A stretch of 64,000 nt of DNA from Ophelia neglecta (lineage: Eukaryota). The position numbers and the translations under genes are program-made. The notes under the pieces are model-generated. The model was not told the DNA's origin. It did not search any database and saw only the letters and a program-made list of their open reading frames with translations. Location: positions 33,108,001 through 33,172,000 of the forward strand of contig OZ260662.1 in assembly GCA_965285935.1 (NCBI GenBank). Reading direction: 5' to 3'. Positions 39,631 through 52,078 of the stretch are shown here, in pieces; position 1 is the stretch's first letter, and each line of letters starts with the position of its first letter.

Positions 39631-42451
39631 GGCCGAGGAGACCACCTAAGGCCTAGGGCAATCGTCCGGAGGCCTTATTATATACACGTACATAGATAGG
39701 TAAGTTGCTAAGTGCGTGAGAAACTGGTATATTATCAAGACATTATAAATACAAGACTACTTTTGCAAATCAATAGCGTAATGACGTTAATTGCCAAATT
39801 AAAATGCAGATCACGTTTCAAAAGCTAGTTCCGTGTTTATTGTTTTGAATAATAGGTATACCTAACTATATAGTCTCACAATTATCAAAGAGTTTAGTCA
39901 ATCCTAGACTCTCCTAAGGCCATGGCATTTTTTTCGCTCTGGCGCTCTGACTGACATAGTGAAAAACTTTTGACTTATTCTTATTGCAGTTGAAACCAAA
40001 CTATTTCCTTATTATCATTAATGAAGTTACAAACTCATAGCAAATAGGGATCTGTGAGTTGATATTGATTGCCATGCAGCTGATAGTTTCAGTTGCAGGC
40101 GAATTCGGACCGATTTCATTGAAATGATTTCCATTGTAAACCAGGTATACAATCCTTTTCCATTTTAACCATTTCATGTTGATGGGATGTTTCCTATGGG
40201 CTGTTGAATATTGCTTTGATTTCACAACAAAATTATTTTGTGTCGTTGTTTGTAGGTTTGTAAGTTGTAGTTTCATACAATATCCGTTATTACTTTTCAA
40301 ATCGTCAAATTTACATTAAGCATGCCACATTGTTTATTAGAAGCAATTGCATAACAATAATAGATAGGTGGTAGCCTAATATAGTGTTCATTAAATAAAC
40401 GACGATTTTATTTAATGAAAATTTTCTACTTTCAAGAAGTGGGCAGCCAATTGAACTTGTATAATCGATTCGGAAGTAGAGGGAAGCAAAGCATTTCATG
40501 CAAAATTTCCATTGTCTCTGGTCTATTTGAATAAAAAACCAATATATTCCTGGGCGCCAATAGATATGTACACGATTATATATAAAGAAGGGTAAGCATA
40601 GAAATAACCGTAAAAGTGGGATGTGTAGAAAACGTCAAAAGGGGAGAACTGAGCGTAAGTTTGGTGAGAATAGAAAGTCAAGAAACCACCAGAATGATCC
40701 AAATAGCTTAAAGGTACAGAATGGGGAAACAGAAAAAAGGTCCCAAATCAACCAATATGAGATAAAACATAAGAGTAGAATAAGAATAGACCAGCAAAAG
40801 TGAAGTTTGAACCGAGGTTTACGAAAGTAGCAAAAGCGTCGAATGTGTAGAGTACTTACAGAAAAGGGGTAGAAAACTATACTCTGTCTGAAGTAACAAA
40901 TTCTTTTTTAATTCTCTTACCTTAGCCATAAGGACTTTTACTTTGGAAACTGCATTTTGTTTACTATAAAAACTTCTTTTAAACTTTCAAAGAACTAGCA
41001 TGGAAATATTTTTAGGCGACCCCGAAATGTAGCCAAACTAATGCGGCGAAAATATACAGATATAGTGACGTCTTGGGCCCTGTATACTTAAGCTTGATAC
41101 CTGCTGTTGACACCAGCGGATGATATAAATGGTATCCTTATTTTGTCAGTTCAATATTCTATCTTAAGTAGTCGGTCAAGACTCTTTATATCAACCATAG
41201 CTAGAGACGGTGTTATCCAATTCTATAATAATAGGCTACTTTTAGCACATAGTGATCAAATAACCACTTTTGATTCTATGTGTACATACTTTGAAGATTA
41301 TTCTGGTACTCAGTAGTTCAATTTTACCATAGGTTTTTCATGTCCGAACGAGTAAAATAGATACACAATGAATGAGCTAGAAAGAATTGAAGAAACAGGC
41401 GGCTTGAAAATATGGCAAAATTAATTTACCATCTACCATAACAGACAGACGTTTAGTTTGGGAAAGTGTAAGACAGGCACACATGAAGCAATGCTTTTTT
41501 GTTTCTTGATAGGGACATTATTATCTAAAATACATTAGTTATTCACATACAGAGTGAAACTTTTATTGCAAAAAAGGGGGTCCCCATAATAAGAAACAAC
41601 ACATTCACATTTTCATTATCGTCTGAACAAAATGAAATTAGTAACATTCCTTGGCGCCGACAAAAGTAATAGAAAATACCCTACATCCCGGTTTAATTCA
41701 ATGGCTGGCCCAAATGCCTAATCAGAGCCAAGCACATATCACAGGGCTGATTAAGGAGGTAATCCTCAAATTCTGGTCACTTAACCTCATCTGTTGTATG
41801 TCGCAAACTGCTCATATCTCCTTTCATGCACCACTTCATCTGATCGCATTTGATCAATGTAAAGCCACGTGAAAAGAATTCGATTCCCCCGAAGCAGACG
41901 GACTAATGAAAGAAGGCCAACTCACGAGGTAATACAAGATTTCGTGAAAGCTGCTGGACCTATCCTATCAATTATAGACTTGTAAGTCATGTATCTGCTC
42001 ATCTGAGAATCTGCACTTGCCTCTGGCGTATGGGATTAATCTGCGAAGCAATATCTGGTCTGAATATATAAGACATTTTGAGAGCTTTAATAAGCAACAG
42101 CGGGTTTAAAGAAGTGTGTTGGGTAGATACTTAAATGTAAATCCCTCCGACAAGGTGTATTTTGTAAAACATAGCACTATTAAACAAAAATTACGTACAC
42201 TAAACACTTTTCAAACTGAGCCGGTGTAAAAGTGTTGGGAGTCTCCAGGCTGGAAGGTTGCATGGACGTCATTTACTTACCCTAACCAGGAATCCCCTGG
42301 TCTTGAAAAAAAAGACAAAGAGTGAAGGTTTATTGAAGGGCACAACTGAGGTCCTGGGTTATTTACATGTATGTGACAATCTACGCAAGTCTTATATTGT
42401 AAAAGAATGACGAGAAGTAAATCCATTTGGGTGTAGAAATAGACTTGATAA

Positions 42452-42481
42452 GACGTTTCGGTCTATCCGACCATCTACAGG
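42452..42481 (-). ncRNA. Relic of a Penelope-type minimal hammerhead ribozyme
   Basis: The minus strand reads CCTGTAGA-T-GGTC-GGATA-GACC-GAAA-CGTC. It has a CUGANGA box with one substitution, a perfect 4-bp stem II, the GAAA box, the palindromic ACGT and a GUC cleavage triplet. Stem I is not intact. Confidence 0.55.
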
Positions 42482-42524
42482 CATAAAAAATGAAAAGCTC
42501 TTTTTGAAATTGGGGGTAATGAGG

Positions 42525-43170
42525 ATTAGTGTGAGTTATTGTGGGTTATTGGGAGGTATTGTTGATAATTGTCGCCTATTGTGAGGGTTATTATGCATAA
42601 TGGTCATTTATCATGGTTCATCGTGAGTTGTTGCAGCTTGTCGTGAATGATCGTAGGGTATCGTGAATTATTATGTGTAATCGTACTTTATTGTGATTTA
42701 TCTTGGTGTTGCATTAATAATCGTTAATAATTGTGAGTTTTCGTTTATTATTTAAAGTTATTTTTACTTTTTTCATGTTGTTGCACATAATTGCTATATC
42801 TTATGCTATTGTACATTGATGTACATTTTATTAATCTGATTTATTATAGTATATATTTCAGTTATCGTGGTGTACTAAGTTCAATTGTGTTTTATTGAGA
42901 CTTATTGAATGTTATCGTAGATTATCGTAGGCTACTGTGAGTCATCTTGGTTTATTGCGACTTATCTTTTGTTATCGTAGGTTATCATTGGCATTCTTGA
43001 ACAATCTGGCTGTATTGTGGTTTATCGTGGTCTACCGCAGGTTATTGTGTTTTATCTTCTGCAGCAGATGATGGTGATTTATTGTGGTTTATCTTTGGTT
43101 ATCACAGTTTATTAAAGGTTATTGAATCTTATTGTAGGTTAGAATGATTTATTGTTAGTAAATGCAATAC
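42525..43170. repeat. Ancient degenerate tandem repeat with ~10-bp period (TTATCGTGxx / TTATTGTGxx)
   Basis: TTATTG, TTATCG and TTATCT recur at roughly 10-bp spacing over about 650 bp, with a strong T/G bias on the plus strand. Confidence 0.8.
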
Positions 43171-45011
43171 TATTGGTACTTATATAATATTGGGGAGAAA
43201 AAATATCACTTAGTTCTTGAATAATATTGGACTTTATCCTTGTCATTATTATTAATCATTCTCATAATTATCCGAGTACCAGTCAGCCTAATAGTGTAGC
43301 TGCCAGACAAGGACTTCAGGAGGATGGAGAGTTCTTTTCATGTTGCTTGGATAAAAACTGCATTGTTTCACAGACAAAAACATTTTCTGTAATCTATCCT
43401 TTAAATGGTGCATTGGTCACACACTCACATGTTATATGGTATTGTTCAGGCATTTTGAGGCAATTTTCTAACAGCGAATTTCAAAGTCATCTGCGTTTTG
43501 TTATTATAATCTTTCCATAAAGTATTATTACTATACAAGAGCACGGAAGCAGCATTTTTAGCGATTCTTGCTTATTATGGAGTCCACGAAGTAAATTACA
43601 TGATCTAAAAGGCAAATGCTCTGTTTTGTGACTGATCTGAGATATGCAATTTAATATCAATTTAATAGAGGTAGAATAGGTGTCAATATTTTTAAAAGTG
43701 TACCTCTTCTAGCTGAAACAAAAAGAAAGATGTCTGTCAAGTTCCACCGTTAAATATGTCGGATGGGGATTTCTCAAACCACTGTTCTAAAAATGCTTGA
43801 ACCTTAAATAGTACCCACTTCTTCAACCTTAGGAGCATATGGCTGGGCAACGTGGTCATTATAGGCGAATTTAGTTAGCAGATGTCCAGGCCTTGCCGAA
43901 AGACCGAAGCAGGAATTTTGGGTGATACTATATTATATACATAGATGGCACATGGCTTGCCAGAGATAAACCTTTCCTCTAGGTTGTAAACGACTGTGAT
44001 AAAATGCAGACAATACGTATTGGAATCGAGCGGGAAGCCGACTCTTCATTTTATTTTGTCGCCTTCAGATGGTTTCCGAATGTCGACAATTAGACGTCTG
44101 CCTATGAAATTGTTCTTCTCACCTAGATAAAATTAGAAAAACGGTGACCGTGTTCAGTTAAATGGACACCAAACGACAAGACGTTTCATCCATTTATCGG
44201 CATACTGTCGTTAAGCTCTGCAACACGACTTGCCATTTTGAGCAGCAGTTGATACACAGAACCTAGAAATAACCCCAGGTTGTTTTTTCCATGAATGCTT
44301 AAATATTTGATAGATCGGTGATGGATAGGCGTCTTCCCCAAACAATGCATCTGGACATTTTCATCCTTATAGGACACAATGCATCTTTTCATATGGACCA
44401 ACGGGAATTCACGTATATATCGAAGGATTATTAGTCAATAATAGTGAAATAAACTAGGTAATCCAAAAGGCACAATCGAATCACAAAGTTTACCAGTATC
44501 AGATTCGCCTGAGACTTCAATACGAATACCAGGACTTGAGATTGAATTGCAGAGAAAAATTGTTATTGCACGGTATTGATTAAATGTCAACTAGGTCTTA
44601 TTTCTAGCCACTTCAATGGTATCATTTACTAACTTTTTTCAAGCGTTGTGCAGGCAGGTGGTGCAAATTAAGTTTTTTCCCACACCTTACTAGAAGTGTC
44701 AGCATGGTGTCGGGTGTTATATAAATTTGATTTATTTACCTGATTGGCGTGAGCGCATTTTGACAAGCGGTGTTTTAAGTAAATGACATAGAACTGATTA
44801 AAAGCATAAAGCTGGTAGACGGGCAAATAGCCGACAGTTAAAACAATTAATAGCTTAGCACCCATTAATTTGGTCCGACTTGTACAAGAGCCGCCAACTG
44901 AAGGCTAACCGTATAAAAAAATAATTATGTAAAGGAATTAACGCTACGAAATTACTTTGATATTACTTGCAATGGAGTCAATAGTTTTTCATGATGCAAA
45001 CCGCGGTGTAT

Positions 45012-45052
45012 GAAAAACGGAAGTGGATACCCGACAGACAAAGCCAAATCAT
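45012..45052 (+). repeat. Dispersed repeat family A, short terminal fragment
   Basis: GAAAAACGGAAGTGGATACCCGACAGACAAAGCCAAATCAT matches the first block of the other copies. Confidence 0.75.
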
Positions 45053-48000
45053 TTTTCTAAAAGTCAAGCATTTGGTCAAAAATCAATCCCTTATCGGTTA
45101 TTTTGATTATCTATAATACGCGGAAAAAATTAATAAACTGATGAAAGCCGCGAAACACAGTTCGCCAAGTGGCCGTTAAAACAATCCGGATTTTCAGGCT
45201 TGTAAGATGCAAATCCAAACTACCTAAATCATAATAAAATCGTGTGCCATGAAACACTGAAAAAAATCTTCCATTATTTAATGGACAAAGTTTGAACACT
45301 TGTCTATTTGAGAATATTACAGGCCAGTACTAAGCCTATACTGTTTCCTTTTATATGCCTTTTATATTCCCTACTTTGCTTACTAAAGCCTTTCTGTGCT
45401 TCTACAATAATTGGTCTTCACATCATATAAGTGGAAACGGGCCGACGTACATTTTGGCTATCGCGTCACTTCAGTCCTTAGTTATTATATACATAGCTCA
45501 TCAGCTTCATCGACGCAACATCGCTTCGTGCTAATTGTATTATAATTTATGTAATATTATGCCATCACCCGATCCTTTTCAAAGTCAACAATGCATCTGG
45601 TCTCTTTGGTTCTAAAAAAGGAAAAGTTATTTGAAGGGCCATAAACAATCCTATTTCACTTGAACTTTTATTAGGTGATCGTGTAATACGAGCTGTTACT
45701 GTGTGTCAAAATAGCGTTCCTTACAATAGATATATTATTATGTTTACTCCAAACGTATCCTATTTCACTCGAATTCTTATCAGGTGTTCTTTCATTAAGA
45801 ACTTCTCTTGCAACTGAGGAGGGTGGGGGCGATGGGTAGTTTATTATTACAGTACTTACTATCCTTAGAAACACACGTGTAGGGGTAAAGTCCATTTTAT
45901 CTTCAGAAGCCAAATGGCAAAAATCTTAGGAGACTACGTGTTTGAAGTCTTTAATATTCCATCGACACGATATTTTGTAGATCAATTTACCCTGCCATGA
46001 AACTGAAAGGAACATTTTTTCCACCAAATTTGAAATATGGAGCCAAAACAGAAACTTCATTCCAATATTAAAACTTGCTCTTCGACTAAAAAACCAATCG
46101 ACAAATTTATTGTTTAAATAGCATTTTGGTGGTCAAGGTAATGAGGGGTAACTATTACATAATTAAGTAAGGTACTAAGCGATATAGTTTCGAATTATTT
46201 TAATATTGTAAAGTGAATATTCGGAGATTCTCCAATGTTAAGAAGCCAAATCGTGAATATTACGGGATAGACCAAACAAACCTCGGATAGGTTGGTTAGT
46301 CAGTATCGGCTACGTCTCGATTGACTCAATACCTTATCCCAGGTAATAGAATTGAGCGAAAATTTAGTGTGCATTTTCACTTAAGCCTCTGCGGCTTCGA
46401 GGTTGCGTTACTCTGCTGGTCTGACCAAGTGTAATAGATACACCTTTTTAGTACGACCATTCCCACGCACAATCATGGACGAGGTTGCCAACTTTGCTTT
46501 AGACAGCCAATTATACAAACAAATAATTAATTTTGATGTCGTTCTATTTCAGCATTTAGGTAAATTTACATCTACTAAGGGCCCATTTAATACCTCATAT
46601 GACTACTTTTTTCTATTGCAGACGTGCAAGGAATTGGCGGGAAATAGACAGGATGTACTGCTTTGTTCGTGTATTTACATTAGCACAATAATAAATTATT
46701 ACATTTGAAAGTGCATCCACTAAGCGGTCTGGGTGGAATCACCCACGTGGGAAATGGTTTGCTATCATCAACCGGTCCACGCCCCAGCTCTTTTTATCAC
46801 TATTGGTGTATTTCCTTTAGTTTCCTTATTCATATAAACTGAAGCCTGTGTCTCTAGATGCCCTACCTTCTCACAAAATCACTTAATAATGATATCGGGA
46901 TGATTCTGAAAGCTTTAAACTGTCGATTGATTGAAGGTGTCTAATTGTACAGATATCTACTATTTCAGAGGGCCCAACACACTCGGGCGCCAACAAGCTT
47001 AAACGAGTTGTATAAACAGCAGTCATGCACAACAGAGGTCGTCAGTGATCACTAGGTTGTGTCCGATTATACACGGTGGAACATTATCGACGAAAGATAA
47101 ACTAACGGCTTCAATGGAAAGGCGCTCTAAATTGTTTATCGGATTTTGTCCTTTCCATTGTTCGATTGATAAGACCACCAGGAAGGTAAAATGGGTTGAC
47201 CCGGTATGAGCACCAGACACAAATGATGCGAATCTAATATACGTTGGGTACAGCCGGCCATTTTATTTACATAACTAGACAAAACGTATAAATTGGATTC
47301 AGATGGTCGGGATATGCATAGAAAGACATAAACCTATAGCGGTCAACCGCCTTGGTGTTCATCGTTTTCTGCAATCTGTGGGGACACAAGTCAGGTCAAA
47401 ATCACAAATTATTTCAAGACTAAAACCTATGAGCAATGATATGTGTATGGTAACAATATTGCGTGGAATCATGTTTTAACTTAACTGCATGTGGGGAAAT
47501 AAATATATATGCACATTAGGAATATCTAATACCTTTAGATATAATAGTTAGTGTGACATTAGGCCTAACCTCCAACCGACATTATCAAAAAACGTCAGCG
47601 TAGCCACGAGTAGAAAATATTAACCTCATGATTCACCAGATAGAAGGGTAAGATATCTTTTGTCAGCTAAAAAACTAGCAGTTTAGCATAAAGCTAATGG
47701 GATGGTTAACCCTGAACTCACAGGGCAAATCAGTAACATATACAAACAGTTTCATGCTCATTTAAAATAAGAAAACAATGCTCGCGGGTCTTATATTTGG
47801 CTCTCTAGTTGATTTTCCCATGATATTTATACTATAAAAGTTTCTTTGATAAAAAATATAAGAATATATGTACAGTTTATATATAAGTGCAGCCACATTC
47901 TGGCCATCATCCTAAATGATATTGGTTTGACAGGTATAAGCGCACTTTCAAGTAGTCGGCAATGCCTAATTAACCTTGCCGTAAGAAAAGGAACACTCAA

Positions 48001-51000
48001 CACATCTTTTAATCTCAGCAAATGCCTTTTTTATCGCATAAATTTTCAATTTGCCTTGTATAAATATGGTTATCAACTAGTAATGTCTTATACATTACTT
48101 AGAAGGCGTGATGGGACGCCATAAACAGGGAGTTTTTTGTGTTTGAACGACCAAAGAGGCAGCCAGTGTTTGCCTTAATAGCTCTCTGCACGATAACTCG
48201 TGGGTTTTTTTTACAATAGTTATGAAGGATCCTGTAAAACATGCACATGGTGTGCGTGTCATCACTGATAAGTCCCTGACACAAGCCTATGTGGGTTCAA
48301 AGTAACCTGCCATCTTCAAGTGAGAATGTTGGTTTTGGAATCTACCAATTTGTCAGATCACATTTCGTCAAGCCATGCCTGATAAGAATAGAGAATATAG
48401 TACACATAGTTGCGTTTTCCAACCACTGACACTTCTTCCATATAGACTAAACGGCTGCAAGGATTATTTACTAAATTTGATCAATTCAGTTCACGGTAAT
48501 TCTAGGGTTTCCGTGATTTTGGTGTAAGCTGATTTCTGTGCTATCATTATTGAGCGGTTCCTGCGTTGAGTCCTTGATAAGGTGCTGAGGCGCTGGCTTG
48601 AACTGGGAACGTGGTGTGAAGAGGGTCAGGGTAGAGTTATACTATTGTTCGCTCGCTGCGCCGAACGTAGGTCGCCGAGATTTGCTAGTAGATGTCCATA
48701 GTTTGTCCACTAAATCTTGGGTTTGGTGAGTTTGATAAGAGTGCTAAGTTTGACGACTGTTTTATATTAAGTGCTGCATGAGACGATCAATTAGGCCATT
48801 ATCTCGGGTGGTTAATTTTGTGACATAACTTAGAATTACTTGAATGAGGCATGTACTACCGCCTTTCTTACTCCTACCTTCTGGCAATTTCACTGGATAG
48901 GTGAGCGTCACTCAATCACCAATGCAACCAATTCCTGATTTAATAATACTGCAGTGTCTGCCCTGTATGACTCCCGATTGATAAACTATCTTGGTCAGGC
49001 GGCTTTGTTGATTTAGAACAAACATGGCCCTGTCACAACGTTTTGCGTACATAGCATTGTGGTATTTCAGACTTGTGGCAAACAGATCAAAACCAAAGGG
49101 GCCCACCCAAGAACATGTGCTTTGTTTTACCTTCTTTTCCATTGAAACAAATACAAAATGAAAGTAGGAAAATTGTTTGAATTTGTAGGTGAAACCAAAT
49201 TATAAGGTTTTTGCTTGCTTCTTTTTACGAACTAAAGCTGGCATGTCGGTATCAATCAATATTGAAATGGGGACAGGAAAATGAGTGGCACTCCCAATTT
49301 GGAAGGTTGTGTAGTGTTAAGGAAAATCGCAAATCGCAAGTGTGAATGCCATGCCAGTATTACGTACTTGTAAATCTACAGAGTGAGGGCAGACGGGTTG
49401 CACCAAACAAATAATAATCTAAAGCGACTGGGTGATTACTCCCACCACGTTTCTGTAAGCAGTAGCAGAGGTTCAATACTTTGTAACACACGTTGCTGCC
49501 AACTTTAGACTGTAGGTGAATATCCAAACATCGATCCTGCTGAAAGGGTGTTGGCAGACAGAGATAGTAGACGAAAACAGACTATTATTAGTAACTCTTT
49601 GGGAAACGGTATTCCATAGAGTGTGTGTTTTATTTGAACTTGTACACAACACATTCCCTGATTAAACATTGTCATTTCCAGACAATATGAATTCTACATT
49701 TAACTGATATCTTCTATTAATATCAGCTGTAATACATTGGTTATATTAATTTAATCAATTGCAGGAATTTAGGTCTTTTGTATTTCTCCAGACCACTCCA
49801 CTTTCTGATAGGCGTGTCGGTGGCCATTGAAACAAGATTTCCAAAGGACGCAATGTAATAGTGCCTTCGTTAAGCACTGATTCATTAATGTTGTTTTTCA
49901 CTTACATCTTTGAAAATTGTGGACTACTTCACATTGTTAGTCAAATTTATTTTGTTCTTGTTAATTCCATTACACACATATTAACAATAAGTTGGTCAGG
50001 TGACGAATATAGACCAATTTAATGGATTACCCCACATTATTGATTTTCCCAAGTATCCCGGGTATCAATCCCCGTTTTCTTCTCATAGAAGAACAAAGAC
50101 CACATAAATGGTAATTTCATTTTAAAGTAATAGATAGATCACCTTATTGGTAACTTGGCTTCAGGTTATAACTATTCTTACATGCCAACTGACAATAAAA
50201 GCTGACAACATATTTTACTGTGAGTTCATACACTACCAAAATTGGACAATGAAGGTAAATAATGGTAATAAACACTGTCTGTTACCCGGGTGTCATGTTA
50301 GGTCAAAATGGTTCGTGGGATAAGCAAGAAGATTTGTTAGTAGATAAAGCTTGTAAATCATTGTTTACACTGCTAAGTACACTTATAGGTATAATTTAGA
50401 TATTGTATAGTATTGCTAATAATTTGATGTTCTTATAGCTAGCACTTTAAACAATCATGCTGAAGTAGAGGGATTCTATGTTAGTAAAAACATAGAAAAC
50501 GTATATTTGCGTTATTCAAAATCAATATTGCATTTGAACCGTGTACTGCAACTTGCATTGTATATAAAGAATGGTCGCATGCCATTGTGTTATATCCGCC
50601 TAGAAAAAATTCGGAACATTTCGGGCATCCTTCACTTTATGTACGAAGAGGAGTTTCTTAAAGGAATGGGTTATCAATTTGTCGTTTCCTGTGTAGAAAT
50701 AATTATTATAAAATTGAACAGGAACATTGGCCCGGCCAAAAACACCCAACGAAAATAGAATATGTCTCGTCGAGGAGAATGGCTTGGTAGAGGATTGAAT
50801 TGCGTGTACTACTAGATTAGTACTAGACAGTATAGTACACTATGGGCACGCTATCTGGGAAATTTGTCAACAATGTCTTCAATTTACATTGGTTTAAAGA
50901 GGCAATTCTTATGTTTTTTCTAATAACTTTGTAATATATATTGAAGAAACTAATAACATTGCTCCAATTACTATTTAAGGAATAAGAGTTTTAAAGAATG

Positions 51001-51858
51001 ACAAACCAAAATGTGCAATTACAATTACAATTGACAATAATATCACCGTTTCCCCAAATAATCAGAATAATAAAATATGCATACAAATTTCATTCCACAC
51101 ATTATGGTCTAATGTCCCGGTGAGACATATTATATTTAGTTGTGATTTGCGCAAAGGATCCTCTCAAATTATCATATGCCGAGGAAAGTTTTATAATCAT
51201 GCAATGTTTTGCAATTGACCGAATGTCTTTGAACTCACAGAATCAAATCGGTATTAGACGGACTGTAACATATATATTTCCCATACAAAGCTAAACCTCT
51301 CGAGCGGCGGCATCACATGAGGACATGACCAGGGTATCAAATGAAGTAGATCCTTCCGCTTGAAATCACTCCGCTGGGAGAATCATGAGGGAGGTTTTTA
51401 TATATGTTTTCAACGAGACAGTATGCATTATGTGAAACCATGCTATATATGTATAAGCTTACTAGATTCCCTGGCTTAAAGGACCCCCTCCCCCCGACCA
51501 AGTTCCCTGACGTTCAAGGAATTTTAAACCAGCGGACTTTAAATACTAGTGTTTTAAGACCGGGGGACTGCTGGGTTGGGGTTTGGATTAGTAAATGTAT
51601 TTTGGAGTGTGTGTGTGGGGGGGGGGGGGGCATTTCAGCCGGAAAATTTTAAACCGGTTCCAAACATAATATATCACAGTAGATGCAGGATTGTCATTCA
51701 TTAGAGTGGTAATTTCACTTTTCGATGATGTAATAGCGCACAGTTATTTATAATAGTGTGATCTTTCTGTTATAACCAGTTGTAAAAAGCGCCTTATTGG
51801 AATTGTTCTTAGGTATTCTTTTCATTGGTAGATGCTTGACCCCTGCAGGTAATATTAG

Positions 51859-52078
51859 GGGGTTCAGTAGTGCTGCCCAGAAATGTAACTGACCCAGAAA
51901 TGTAACCGGTTACATTTAGGGCTTGGTTTCATTTGGTGGCGGCTAGTTACATTTCGGATCGATAGTTACATTTGGGGTTGGTTATATTTTGAGGCAGCAC
52001 TACTGAACCCCGAAATGTAACCAGCCCCGAAATGTAAATGGTTACATTTGGGGGCAGGTTTCATTTGGGGGCTCAACA
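51859..52078. mobile_element. Foldback/MITE-like element built from inverted arrays of a CCCCGAAATGTAAC motif
   Basis: A perfect 19-bp inverted repeat GGGGTTCAGTAGTGCTGCC (51859-51877) / GGCAGCACTACTGAACCCC (51993-52011). About ten copies of AAATGTAAC/GTTACATTT-type motifs occur in both orientations. The right end is ..GGGGCTCAACA. Confidence 0.8.

Noticed and set aside
41670-41870. Possible RTE-X-like C-terminal remnant (SSLRH..EFEDYLLNQP..LALIR) on the minus strand
   Set aside because: The similarity is too short and degraded to support without a search.
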